The notes: a model not told the origin generated them from the sequence alone. Shown: positions 1 through 15,279, numbered from the stretch's first letter. The stretch is DNA of 64,000 nt from Eledone cirrhosa (GCA_964016885.1 OZ024740.1:280736001-280800000), one strand, 5' to 3'. A program made the numbers and translations.

Positions 1-140
1 TGCTATAGGTGTTGGTAATAAGTACAGTCTTGCAGAATTGAAAGTGCTTGCCAGTGATCCCGAAGAAAACGTCTACCAAGTCACTGACTATCACGCGTTA
101 GAAACGCTCTCTCAACGACTCGACATAAAGACATGCAATG
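1..140 (+). CDS. Internal exon (5' end outside window) of a vWA-domain extracellular-matrix protein (matrilin/collagen VI-like)
   Basis: Frame from base 2 reads AIGVGNKYSLAELKVLASDPEENVYQVTDYHALETLSQRLDIKTCN, the typical vWA C-terminal half. Donor G|GTAAAG at 141, phase 1. Confidence 0.9.
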
Positions 141-577
141 GTAAAGTTAATGACATTACTGTTTTTACTATATTTTAAAAAAATGTTTCCATCTTACTTG
201 AAATTCATTTTGCTGCAGATTTACAATCATTACTCAATAGTTTAAACTAGTCAAGTAGTTTGTATCATCAGTGTCTGTTATAAGTGAAATACATATACAT
301 TTTGATTACTTTCTTATCTATCTTAAGGAAATCTACATTTTTATATAGTCGAGCTATGGATTCGGACATTCGAATAGTTATCAAATATATACACACGAAT
401 ATTGACAAACTTGTGAATATACGTATAAAATATTTCCATAATGCAACTCCAGTTAATATTTTAAAACTATTTTGAAAATAGCATAATTAAAACCATCTTT
501 AACTTTATATTAAGCTGATACTAACACACTATATTAAATGTTGATATCGTTTTGTCAGTAACATGAGAGATTAGTGT

Positions 578-788
578 ATACGAGAGTCAGCTAAAACGTT
601 CATACTCTGAAACGTTTAAGGCTGACCAAGATAGAATGATCAAATAGGGTTTATTTGTCAACATAGTCCCTGGAAGGAAATAGTGCAGTTATTAATAAGA
701 AGGGTTGAAATTAATGCATGCAAAGATTTCACAACCTTAACATCACTCCTTCATAGTCACCATATGAACTTTTCAGCCCACCGTCATA
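578..788. mobile_element. Decayed Tc1/mariner-type MITE
   Basis: Imperfect terminal inverted repeats tacgagagtcagctaaaacgttcata / tatgaacttttcagcccaccgtcata with TA ends. Confidence 0.45.
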
Positions 789-1202
789 TTTTTCGTATAT
801 AATAAAGGGATAAACGGAGAAGTACATCAGTTGCAGAGGCTAAATAACAGAGGAATAGTTCAGAATCTCTGACGTAGAGGGTTCCTTGCTGGTTGGAAAC
901 CTATATATTAAGACATAGATCAGCCCTAGGTCAGCCCTAGGTCACGCCTACGTCAGCCCTAAGTCAGGCATAAGTCATAGGCCGTAATTGAGCAGAATAT
1001 TCTGAAAGCATTCAAAGTTGTGAACGGCTCTATTTGTTGATCTTAATCGTAGTAGTTCAGAAGCTACCATAGACTCAAGGGTAAAAACAGAGTATTGTAT
1101 AATTAGATGTATTCATGTTCTTTCAACATAGCAATGTTGTTTCAGCAAACTATATTAGCTACGCTTCATCAGAGAAGAAATTATTTAGTCGTTGAAAGTG
1201 CG

Positions 1203-1530
1203 GGCGGCGAATTGTCAGAGTCGTTAGAACGTCGGATAAAATGCTTTTTAGTATTCATTTCGATTCTCTGAGTTAAAATTCCGCCGAGGTCAATTTTTCC
1301 TTTCATCCATTCTATGTCGATAAAAATTACCAGTTGAGTACTGGAGTGGATGCTTCCTCTATATCTCTATCTCACTTCTTTCCTCTCACTCTCTATCCTT
1401 CTCTGAAAGAAATCTACTGTATTCAGGCCTGGAGAGGGGATGAGCCCCACCAGGTTTTAAAAATGCCCTAGAAATGCCGTATGTCAATACGGCGCCCTTA
1501 CGACTCCTCAGGAGTTACGGGTCCATAACA
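1203..1530 (+). mobile_element. Old tRNA-derived SINE (head + ctttcatcc...gtcgataaa core + 3' module); homologous copies at 21689-21970 and 56810-57107
   Basis: Shared ggcggcgaattg..gagtcgttagaac, ctgagtt..aa..ccgccgagg, and ccaggttttaaaatg..cctagaaa..gcgcccctacga modules. Confidence 0.7.
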
Positions 1531-2528
1531 TACTATACCAGTGCAATATATATATGTGTTTTTGTTTAATGCAATCACATACTTGATAGTCCTACACTCA
1601 TTCAATCTCCTGTGATAACACAGCTTTGAACTTATCACTCGTAGTCCATGTTTAAGAACAATTAGCAGTGTTTCTCTGGCAGGTCTTGTATATTTCGGAT
1701 AGTCATTGCTGGTGGGTCATGAGTTCATTATCTAATGGTAATATAATATTGTCTATTGTTTTTCTGTAGTATGTCAATATCGTTTGGGAGGTTAGTATTC
1801 TGTTTTAGCTGTGTATTATTATTTCGATCGATTTCTGTTGCTTCTAAGTGTTGGCGAATAGTAATTGTAGCAGCATATTGTAAAACATTCAACGTCTAAA
1901 CTTGGGAGCTTCAATTTGTGTTAGGTGTTCTTAGAAAATTGATTGAGCACGGATAATATCAAGTCAGGAGGTTTGTGACACAATCGTTTGTTAATTTAGT
2001 AGCTTGTCGGGCCAAATAGTATAGTTCTCTTCACATCTTTCTGGGAACTGTGCTTTGATCTCTTTGTATCCTTTGCTCATATATTTCTATTTGTTCGAAT
2101 ATGATGAATGTCTGCCTGTGTAATGACAGTTGCTCTATCTATGTATTATTGTTATCGCAGTTGTTATAGTCGCTGTTCATATCTTTTAGCATTTTCTTGA
2201 GAGCAGAATCTCCTGGTATTTTCATTTTGCTATCAGAACAGTATATTTTTTCTCAGCATTTAGCTAGATGATGCAAAAGCTTCACGAGTAAATTATAATG
2301 ATTAGGACGTTTTACAACACAGTATCTCTAATTTTTTTTCAGGATTCTTGTCGATATATCTTCCCTTGACGTTTTGTAAGATTAGCATAATTTAAAAGTC
2401 CATTAGCCTTGGATCCCGCGTGAAGCTTGCATTTATAGAATACGTTTAGATGTTAGTATTGACAAAATTAAGAGTTAAATAACCCCAACACCTACATCGC
2501 TGACTTCGATACCAGGTATCTATGATGT

Positions 2529-2860
2529 CATGTATGTATGTATGTATGTATGTATGTATGTATGTATGTATGTATGTATGTATGTATGTATGTCGGATCA
2601 CTCTTGAGTGCTACTGGTAACATGTAACCCAGTACAACCTGTCGCATGGTCGGGTCGTCGGCGACTAAACCGGCAACCCCACCAAGTTTACTTGGTGAGA
2701 AGGGTGATTTTGGACACCCTGCAGGACAAAATCAAAACCTGACAAAGGGCGGAAGAACTCATAAGAGTCAACGGCCACCCAAAAGTGTGTAAATATGTAT
2801 ATACACAAGTACCACGTGGTTAAACCACTGGGAGTGAAGGATCCCTAGCCGTTGTCAGAA
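2529..2860 (+). mobile_element. (TATG)n tract followed by a probable non-LTR retroelement 5'UTR/SINE fragment
   Basis: GC-richer island ggcgactaaaccggcaacccc...aaaacctg abutting the tetranucleotide repeat. Confidence 0.35.
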
Positions 2861-2940
2861 GATTACAAAAAGAAAAGAATAAAAACCTAATTAGAATGCA
2901 CCACCAATCCATGATTATTTAAAGCTTGAGATATTTCACT

Positions 2941-3449
2941 TTTATAATTATCTCATGTTTTTCTTGATAGATATACCAGTACAGTACAGATATAACAACT
3001 ACAGTATCCACAGATACGTTTAGAAACAACAATAATCGTTTATAGTTTTACTAGTAACACAACACTGACCAACATACATTTTGCTACAAAAGAAGTTAGA
3101 TATATTATTTGGTATATTTAGGGCTGTGATTCCAAATATACCACCAATCTTTCATAACGGTTTGATCTTTTCTTTATGGAGATATAGCAATACCCTTTAT
3201 AATTATCTCATATTTTTCTTGACAGATATGCCAGTACCACAAACAACTACGGTATCCACAGGTACGTTCAGAAAAAACAATAATCATTTATATTTTTACT
3301 AGTAACATAACACTGACCAACATATATTTTGCTACTAAAGAAGTTACATATATTATTTGGTATATTTAGGGTAGTGATTCCAAATATACGATTAATCTTT
3401 TCATAAAGGTTTGATCTTTTCTTTTTGGAGATATATCAAACCCCTTTAT
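2941..3449 (+). repeat. ~255-bp tandem duplication containing the micro-exon and a dead copy of it
   Basis: tttataattatctca at 2941 and 3196. The downstream blocks (ctagtaaca..ctgaccaacata..ggtatatttaggg..ggtttgatctttt) are repeated. Confidence 0.85.
3226..3261 (+). CDS. 36-bp micro-exon (DMPVPQTTTVST linker) of the vWA gene
   Basis: Acceptor tttttcttgacag and donor G|gtacgt. Phase 1-1, in frame with exon 1-140. Thr/Pro-rich linker. Confidence 0.7.
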
Positions 3450-4074
3450 ATGCTGATGTATCCACCCATGCATTGAAATTAGGGGCCCCAATAGCACCTT
3501 TCGTATTGATGTCTTAGAATTTATACCTGTTTGGGTATGGCATCAAATTTGCATATCAATTCTAATTAATTAGTGGGTTTCTAGTTTGATACTATATTAA
3601 TACTATTAAAACATCAACATTTTATTTCGGCAAGAAGGTTAAAAATAATTGTATTGGACAAAGTGTCTGCGCTGGCTATTTAAGTAGTGCATTCTCTGTA
3701 TTGTGCAGAGAAAATCTTAAAGAGGGTTTCTTAGGGACCCTAGATAAGAGAGTTATTAAAAGATTCACATTTCATTGATTCGATGGATAAAATTAGGTTT
3801 TATGGATGGACTTCATTTGTTTTAGTCGTCGGGCGCTTTCTTGCAACTACAAGACAGATAATTTTATTGAATTAATAGCAAACAATCCCTCTAATTTTAG
3901 TACGATTGGCTATAACAACATGAACATCAAAGCTCATACCTTCACAGTCACTTAGATAATTTTACAGAAAAGTTTTGTGATTTAAACAGATAGCCAGGAG
4001 AAAAATTTCATTAGAATATAAAAATAATGGAAGAGTAGTAAAAGGGGAAGTAGGATGCATATATAATGATTTCA

Positions 4075-4265
4075 TCAATTTTTGGGGAGGGGAAAGTCGA
4101 TTAAATCGACACCAATGCGTGACTGGTACTTTATTTTATCGACCCCGTAAGAATGAAAGGCAAAGTTAACCTCGGCGGGATTTGAACTCAGATCACAAAG
4201 AGCCGTAACTCTATGCTGCAAAGGATGGCGTCCGATCCTCTATCGATACTGCCAATCCACCGCCC
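4075..4265 (-). mobile_element. tRNA-derived SINE, dominant family of the window (other copies: 11660-11765-, 12836-13025-, 16722-16910+, 17075-17137+, 22280-22497-, 25228-25452-, 30298-30447+, 34447-34870+ x2, 42100-42315+, 46037-46372+, 46757-46942-, 54676-54733+, 58036-58121-, 59486-59632-, 59876-60060-)
   Basis: Consensus ggcggtggattggcagtatcggtagag (A box)...ctgagttcaaatcccgccgagg (B box)...ctttgcctttcatcc..ggggtcgataaaataaagtaccag...ggccttgtgcctaaagtagaaacaatt. The central part resembles the Meta-SINE domain (from recall, not aligned). Confidence 0.9.
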
Positions 4266-4609
4266 TTAGGATACATATATAATGGCGATGTTCTAATATA
4301 GTCCCATAAAAGAAGCTGTGTTGAGTGACTGATCATTTTACATGGTTTCATGTTTATGTTTGAGTTACAAATGCAATAGATTCTACCGAGGTTCAGTCCC
4401 ACCCTTTACGATAAAATGAACTCATTTAGTAGTACATGTTTTTTTTAAAATTAGCATGTAATATATTAATATCATTAATAGTGCTGGTATTTTTGTCGCC
4501 AAATAGTTTGATGATGAATTAATTAGAGCTGACACAATAAATCTGATGGCCGTTATTGATTAAGTAGCTCAAATATATCCAAAAGTCACCTGCCGAAGGA
4601 ATACATCAG

Positions 4610-4640
<31 letters not shown>

Positions 4641-5149
4641 ATATATAGAGAAAATTGAGGTTGGTAATGGCACATGGAATATATAAGAGACAGAATACTT
4701 TTTTGTGAAAAAACATAATTTTATAAGGTAAGGAAATAATAAAGGGTATAAAAAATGACCGGTTTCGATGGGTCTGCAAAAGCCATCTTTTCAAATGTTG
4801 ATTAATATTAAGAAAAATTAATAATACGAAGAGTTAAAATTTGAGACTTGAAAATTCAAGTATAAAATTCATTGTGGGATTTCATAGCAGTTTTCATCTA
4901 GGTAGCAACAACAAGTTGACTGCTGTGTCCCTTTCTGGTAGTGAATGAGAAGTTATTTGGGGTGTGGGTTATTTTATAAAGGTCAGATTTAGCAATAGCC
5001 AGCTGCTGGTCAGTGAGGGGGTGGAAGCAATATACACACACATATATCTTCCTATGATGGGTAGGAGAGTGGAGCGTGATAGAAAAGGATTTAGTGCACT
5101 TACACCTATATATACACACATACCTTCATCCACACATACATACATATAC

Positions 5150-5186
<37 letters not shown>

Positions 5187-5255
5187 CACACATACATACA
5201 CACACACATACATATACATACACACATACACACACACACACATACATATACACAT

Positions 5256-5310
<55 letters not shown>

Positions 5311-5849
5311 TATATATACATACACATACATCCAGATACACACATACATACACACACACACACACACACATATATATACACACATACACACACATATATA
5401 TACACACACACACACACATGCATATATATATATATATATATACACATACGCATACATCCAGATACCCACATACATACACACACACACACACACACACGCA
5501 CACACAATACATACATCCACATGCACACACATACTCACACACACACACACACACATACATACACCCACACACAGAGAAATGGCCTTCAAATATATATATA
5601 TATATATATATACATACAGACACATATATTTTTTCCATAATATAAGAAGTTGGGGCAGTGAAATTAAAATAATTCTGTGTGCGCATATATATATAGATAT
5701 ATGTGTGTGCACGTGCAGGGTTTAACATGGATGTGTTGGTCACACAAAGGCATGGTCTGTCAATGAATAAACCTGATTCTACAGAATTGGTCTCTGGTCT
5801 TTAATAGTAGTGATTCCGTGCGTATGTGTGTTTATATTTTATGACAATT

Positions 5850-6362
5850 CTATTGGGGTGATAACCCGTTTAGTTTTGGTTTAAATTTGTTAAGGAATAG
5901 ATTTTCTTTGTTTATTCTTTGTTGTTGTGTGAACGAATCTGAGCACTTGTAGAAGGGGAAGATTTTAAAGTTGGGTAGTGTCATTCCTGCGCAGTTCGCA
6001 ATATGGCTGCTCAAGGGGATTTTTCTTGTGTTAGCGTCCCGGATTTGTTGGCGGTGGATGGTCATTCTTTTGCGTAATGAGGTGCCCGTCTGTCCTATGT
6101 AGTTGTGTTTGCACCCACCGCAAGTTATTGCGTAAATCAAGTTCTCCGAGTTGCAGGTGAAATTGTTTTTTACTGTAAATGTTTGGCCATCTTTGAATGT
6201 AAATGTTTGTCCTTCAGTGAGGTAGAGGCACGTTCCACAGTTTGTTCTACCACATTTGGTAACTGTAGGGTTGAGGATTGGTTTGGGTATATTTGGTCCA
6301 GTGAGAATGCGTTTAAGTGATTTGGGTTGTCTTTTACTTTTAAGGATCTTGTGTGTTTTAAG
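5850..6362 (-). pseudogene. PLE GIY-YIG endonuclease C-terminal fragment with Cys-rich linker (Neptune/Naiad-like)
   Basis: KCGRTNCGTC...FTCNSENLIYAITCGGCKHNYIGQTGTSLRKRMTIHRQQI...SSHIANC...KENLFLNKFKPKLN. Stop-free, but the RT is absent. Confidence 0.9.
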
Positions 6363-6981
6363 GAACTGCGCAGGAATGACACTACCCAACTTTAAAATCT
6401 TCCCCTTCTACAAGTGCTCAGATTCGTTCACACAACAACAAAGAATAAACAAAGAAAATCTATTCCTTAACAAATTTAAACCAAAACTAAACGGGTTATC
6501 ACCCCAATAGAATTGTCATAAAATATAAACACACATACGCACGGAATCACTACTATTAAAGACCAGAGACCAATTCTGTAGAATCAGGTTTATTCATTGA
6601 CAGACCATGCCTTTGTGTGACCAACACATCCATGTTAAACCCTGCACGTGCACACACATATATCTATATATATATGCGCACACAGAATTATTTTAATTTC
6701 ACTGCCCCAACTTCTTATATTATGGAAAAAATATATGTGTCTGTATGTATATATATATATATATATATATTTGAAGGCCATTTCTCTGTGTGTGGGTGTA
6801 TGTATGTGTGTGTGTGTGTGTGTGAGTATGTGTGTGCATGTGGATGTATGTATTGTGTGTGCGTGTGTGTGTGTGTGTGTGTGTATGTATGTGGGTATCT
6901 GGATGTATGCGTATGTGTATATATATATATATATATATGCATGTGTGTGTGTGTGTGTATATATATGTGTGTGTATGTGTG

Positions 6982-7020
<39 letters not shown>

Positions 7021-7051
7021 GTGTATCTGGATGTATGTGTATGTATATATA

Positions 7052-7106
<55 letters not shown>

Positions 7107-7175
7107 ATGTGTATATGTATGTGTGTGTGTGTGTATGTGTGTATGTATATGTATGTGTGTGTGTATGTATGTGTG

Positions 7176-7212
<37 letters not shown>

Positions 7213-7562
7213 GTATATGTATGTATGTGTGGATGAAGGTATGTGTGTATATATAGGTGTAAGTGCACTAAATCCTTTTCTATCACGCTCCACTCTCCTA
7301 CCCATCATAGGAAGATATATGTGTGTGTATATTGCTTCCACCCCCTCACTGACCAGCAGCTGGCTATTGCTAAATCTGACCTTTATAAAATAACCCACAC
7401 CCCAAATAACTTCTCATTCACTACCAGAAAGGGACACAGCAGTCAACTTGTTGTTGCTACCTAGATGAAAACTGCTATGAAATCCCACAATGAATTTTAT
7501 ACTTGAATTTTCAAGTCTCAAATTTTAACTCTTCGTATTATTAATTTTTCTTAATATTAATC

Positions 7563-7610
7563 AACATTTGAAAAGATGGCTTTTGCAGACCCATCGAAAC
7601 CGGTCATTTT
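7563..7610 (+). ncRNA. Variant minimal type I hammerhead-like motif in the PLE 3' end (mirror copy at ~4752-4799, - strand)
   Basis: TTGAAAA-gatgg(loop)ccatc-GAAA-C-CG-GTC: a 5-bp stem II, a palindromic ACCGGT stem III and a GUC triplet. The core deviates from CUGANGA. Confidence 0.5.
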
Positions 7611-7746
7611 TTATACCCTTTATTATTTCCTTACCTTATAAAATTATGTTTTTTCACAAAAAAGTATTCTGTCTCTTATATATTCCATGTGCCATTACCA
7701 ACCTCAATTTTCTCTATAACCTTCGTTTTGTGTAGAAAATTACACT

Positions 7747-7883
<137 letters not shown>

Positions 7884-8676
7884 AACGATAGAGCACAACT
7901 GGTGATCTATTTAGAATCAGTATCCCAAATATATCTGAGGATTTATTTATTTATTTATTCATTTGCTTTCCAGCCGATGGGCTGAGGCTACGCCGAGGCA
8001 CCGCCATCGACTATATATATTATATATTTTCGCTGTGTATATTTTCGCTGTCCAGTGTAATCGAAGTGAATTGGTTTGATTCTATATTGGCGTGATGAAA
8101 TTCCTATGATTTTTAAAAGTTTAGAAATCAGCTAAAATGATGCCTTGGCTTTGTGAATTAGTATTTAAAGAAGAACATCTAATTGCCAGGTTGGAAACTT
8201 GTCTATAGGAAATTATATTCCAAATAGTCATTGGTATACGATGAATGGGTTCTTTTTAATGTCAAGTCGATGTTAAATTCGAGTTTCCATATAATTGGAA
8301 ATATAGATGCAATATACAAATATAATTATATTGCCAGCGTCTATGAATATTTCTCTGCAAAGTTATGGCATCTAATTTAACTCAATGTCACTAAACAATG
8401 TACATTAAAAGGGAAGGTTGAGACACAATTGTTACGGCATTCAGTACAGAGTAAATCTGAAAGAACATGAATGCCAAAGATTTCCCTAGATTCGCCCATA
8501 CATTTAAAATAATACACACCCTTAAGAAAATAACTATATATATATATAAAAAAAAAAACTCGAAAATGGGGAAAAGGAAAAGACAGGGTAAAATAATCAC
8601 AATTAAGCAACTACATAAATTTTGGTATAAACATGCTGATGTAAACATGATAATATTTTTGTTTGCTTTCTTTCAG

Positions 8677-8715
8677 TTTCCACGGCAACAGAATCAATGC
8701 TAAGAGACGAAACAA
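8677..8715 (+). CDS. 39-bp micro-exon ([13 protein letters not shown]) of the vWA gene
   Basis: Acceptor tttgctttctttcag and donor A|gtaagt. Phase 1-1 and stop-free. Confidence 0.7.
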
Positions 8716-8779
8716 GTAAGTAGATTTAACCTTGTGAACGCAACTGGTGCGTAGAGGAATAGAGAAAGAATGATATGGA

Positions 8780-10490
<1,711 letters not shown>

Positions 10491-11199
10491 TTGTAGTAAT
10501 ATAATCATCTAAACAGTAATGCTATCATTCAATCTAACATAATATAAGCGTCTCTCACATCTTATCACTACCCTCCGAACGAATGCCGAGCTCCAGTTCG
10601 TAACTGTTGCTAGATAACGCAGGATTTTGCAGTATTTGTGAGACTAACCAAATATTTATATTGACCAACAGTGATCTACCTTTATAAATATAGTATATTT
10701 TCTCTCCTCATTAAAAAAAAACTTGGACAGAGATGGGAGTACAGCTTCTATGCAGTTGTTTAACTGCTAGCAATATCCTACCGTCTTAAAAGCAAAAGGT
10801 CACATTGCATATTGCAGTCTTAGTACACCAAGTCTGAAAAAAATAACCTGCGATAGCCATGACTAAAACGCGTTTGATCTTAGGTTTGCTCCATCAGACC
10901 TAACTTGTATATGAAAAACAACAACATCAACAACAACAACAGTAACAACAACAACAACAACAACAACAACAATTGAAGTAATATCAACAACAATAACAGC
11001 AACTAATAGAAGGATCTTCAACTTTGTCGCATCATACCTTGCCATCTTACAAATTATTTGATAATATGTTGATAGATATACAATGACTGTAAAAGGATGT
11101 GGTAGTCACGTCTTGAACATTGCTTGATTAGACCTGGGGTTAAATAACAGAGACAAATGGATACATGCATATATGATAGGTTCTTCGCGTATTCCGGCG

Positions 11200-11465
11200 A
11201 TGCGGTTTCATTAAATAACATCTATGTCGTTGAGTATTCAACATAAACGTGTTCTTTTAACATGATTTCCAAGCTGAATCAGCGAGACATAATGTGCGAC
11301 AAGGCTGATATTCATTTGACGGGCTCAAATTCAGTTTCCGACTACCCAATTTTCCCTAGAAGGCTTTCATCAACCCAAGGCTATAGTGAATACGCTGGCG
11401 CCCAACACGCCACGCAGTGAGAGCAAATACAGGACCTCGTGTTTGTGAAGCAACCTTCTTAAACG
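11200..11465 (-). mobile_element. Decayed SINE of a second family (homologous + copy at 43000-43365; fragments at 62330-62640)
   Basis: Shared taagaag..gcttc..cac..ggt..cactgcgtggc..ttggg..ctatagcct..ggtag..ggaaactg motif order. Confidence 0.6.
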
Positions 11466-14412
11466 TGCTTGGATTCACATATGTATGTATGGACCCGTAA
11501 CACCTGAGGGGATTGTAGGCGCGCGATATTGACATATGGCGTTGCTAGGGCATTTTTTAGAACTAGTGAAGATCACTTCAGAGAAGGATAGAGTGTGAGA
11601 GAAAAAAGTGAGAAAAATATATAGAGGAAGAATACTAGACTGGTACATTTTTTTTATTGATATTAAATGGATGAAAGGCAAAGTTGACCTCGGCGGGATT
11701 TGAGCTCAGAGAGCAGAGAGACTGAACGAATACTGCAAAGCATTCTACCCGAAGTTCTAACGACTATTCATATGAGCATGTATTGATAAAACAGTTAACC
11801 ATTTTGAATGTACCGATAAAGAACTGCCATTCTTTTGTATTTTAACTACATTATATTCTTTGACAAATTGGCTAAACTGTTAGAGAGCCGGACGGGATGC
11901 TTTGTGGTATTAGTTGTGTGCATTCTGAGGTCAAATCTTGCTCCTGTGTGTGAGGAGCTGAAACGGGCAGCTAGTGCTAGCAATGGAAACATTGTTTCCT
12001 TGCTCGGATCCAACGATTAGTTTGTTTCTTTTTCCTTTGTTTGTAGTATTATTATCTCTCTTAGAATTCGGAATTCTCATTTGATTTGCATAAATTAACT
12101 CCTCGAAATTCTAGCTATGCCACAAGGAAAAAAAAAAGATGATTAACGGAACAAAGGGAGATAAATCATTTTGAAGCATGGTTTATTGAATCATTATTTT
12201 TTTGCGTAGTGGGGAAGTAATTAGTTCTCTTATTAGTACTTATATAGCAATTGCGATATAGCTGTCACAACAAAAAGCAACAAAAACCAAACAAGCCTTC
12301 CAATTGAGGCCATGAAATGTATTATATATTGTATAGTTTGCTCTGTACATACGTAATAACAATCGTATACATGATGGGACCAATTTCCAGTCTTCCTCGT
12401 GCAAATTCCCTGCTTTCAGAATCACAACCGTATATTTATTGGCAAGTAAGTGTATTAATTACATTAGAATACACGAAAAATTTAGGAAATATTTCCTATG
12501 TGAGTTGGGTACGTTTAACTAAATAATAGATGTTCTTACCACCCACACAAAAAAAGAAAACCTGACGTAGACTGTAATTATTGTAACTATTCTCATAAAC
12601 ATACTCGAGTAACGACTATCCATATTCATCAACTAATGTTAGTCAACATTTTTTATGTTTTTTAGGGAAATTACCATATGGAATCTATATTCAGATACTT
12701 TGATAATTTAGTATTTGCTTTTACAAAGTCTTTCATCATTTTTCTATTGGGAGGATTGCAAGTCTGCATGTTTTATAGATTTGGCAATTGTCTAATACAT
12801 TTCGTATATCAGTAAGAAGAAATATCCTGAAGCAATAATTGTTTCTACTTTAGGCACAAGGCCAGCAATTACCCAGTGCTTTACTGGTACTTTATTTTAT
12901 CCACCCCGTAAGGATGAAAGGCAAAGTAAACCTCGGCGGGATTTGAACTCAGACCGTAAAGGGACGTAACTCTGATGGAAAGCATGGCATCCGACTCTCT
13001 ACCGATACTGCCAAGCCAATCCACCATCCTGAAGCAATAATGATTAATAGATGTACTTGGATGATATAGTTTGTTGTTCGGACTCACTAAGGTTTTAAAC
13101 ATTTTATAATCTTTAATAGTAACGAATCGAAAGAGTATGTCTGTTATTTCATTACAAAAAAATGATCTAGTCAGAGCGTCCCATCTATTATCACATCACC
13201 TCCTTACATCGACTGATTAAGAATATAACTTACTGACCAGTGATCCAACGGATTCGAAATTATAAAGTTCTGAAGCTGTTTGTAGCTGCCAATAATGATG
13301 TCTCCTTCTGACACACATAAGGATAATTTCAAACTCAATAGTATTATTTCTGTTTATTAATCTTGAATAATATGCTACTTGTCTCTGTTATTGACTTATC
13401 CGATTTCCTAAAGTATTCTTGTATTTCTGCTTCTTTTGCTAGTGGAATAGAATAGTTTAGCTTTGGCTATTTTACAAAAGGCAAAGGTTTATATTTAAGA
13501 AGATATTTGCTTTCATATGCTGAAGTTTTTAGATCAGTAAAAGGAATACAATCCTGTGAGTGTCTCTTGTTGTTGGTGTGTTCTTAGCTCGTAATATGTG
13601 CGAAGACTCCTGTGGTGAATTTCACTTGTATATAGTTTTAAACATCTGTTCTTAATTTTATATTAAAATGTAAATAGCTTTTCTGCCAAACATATATACT
13701 TATTTGTTTAGTTTTTTTTTCTCTTTTTAAAAAATAATTCTCCTAGTTGTTATTGTGTTCTTCAAGCATGTCTCCGGAATCACATGTTATCCAAATACGA
13801 ATATGCTTTGTGTACATTATATTGTTAATTAATATTTTAGAATATAGATACTACATTAGTACGCTTAAAGAATGGCTTTTAAGTGTTTTAGGGTTTCCCT
13901 AAGGACTAAATGTTGTTAATTGGTAGTTCTCTTAGATTAAGAGGACTTTAATTATAATCTCATTTCGAAGTGACATACAGTTTTTTAAACCCATAGTATT
14001 AAACATATAAATAATTTGATATTACTAACACGGCTTATTTTCAACGTCTTCGATAAGATATTACGCCTACGGCTAGCCACTAATTTCAATATCTGACATT
14101 AGGGGATATATATTACATTACATAGTAGCTAAACTGAAATGGCTGTCGCTTTTCTACGTAATATGACAATGATAATCAAAATATTTTATACTAGTTTCTC
14201 CTTAAGAGTCTTCACTGGAAGCTGTATTGATTGTTGAAGTCCGAATCGATTAGAGTTTCTACAGGGAGTGATGCCACTATATCCGACTTTGTTAATGGGC
14301 TCTTGACTTTTATCTTCTTTCACATCATCCTTGAAAGCAATTTGGAATATTACATTTGGCCTTGCTGCAGAAAAAAACTATTTTAGATGAGTTTCTCTGT
14401 TTATGCCAATAT

Positions 14413-14775
<363 letters not shown>

Positions 14776-14861
14776 TAAGTTATTCCTGGTTGAATCGGAG
14801 GTAACCACAGTAAGTAAGGTACTCAATACATAGCAGAGTATAAAAGTTTTAATATAGATGA

Positions 14862-14910
14862 GATTCTACAGGACTAGAACTGTTTCATTCTTTAGAAATC
14901 ATCAGGAATC
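14862..14910 (-). ncRNA. Minimal type I hammerhead ribozyme-like motif in a PLE remnant (14775-15290)
   Basis: Reverse complement: gattc-CTGATGA-tttctaaagaat-GAAAC-agttcta-GTC-ctgta-gaatc. Confidence 0.55.
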
Positions 14911-15279
14911 TGGCTTTCCAAAAATAAATGTTGTGGTATTTATATCTTTTCAGGTGGTAGCAGAGGGTGGGGAGTGGGATGGGTAGAGGTCATTAGTTGA
15001 AAGAAAAGGGAATTCATTAAAAGCTAATTCTTTAAAGCTATAATTTATATTTAGAGTGACAAAGGCAGAAAGAATTCTATAAACAAGTTCAGAATGGGGT
15101 GCCACTCCTTATTTTTAAGTTTCTCTTAAGCTAAGAATGCCTATATTTCAGGTGTCTATAAGATGGTTGGGGGTCCGTCATGGTTGATGGATTTAAAGAA
15201 AAGGGAAATACTTTAAAAGCTAATTCTTTAAAGATCTACTTAGAGTGACAAAGGCCAAGAGAATTCTATAAACCAGTTC

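Noticed and set aside
219-250. Alternative short terminal exon after tgctgcag
   Set aside because: It would be in phase but sits only 78 bp from the donor with a weak pyrimidine tract, and there is no supporting evidence.
1590-2400. Possible decayed retroelement ORFs (also at 3450-4010 and 13100-14330)
   Set aside because: The composition suggests old coding sequence, but I could not identify any diagnostic motif by eye.
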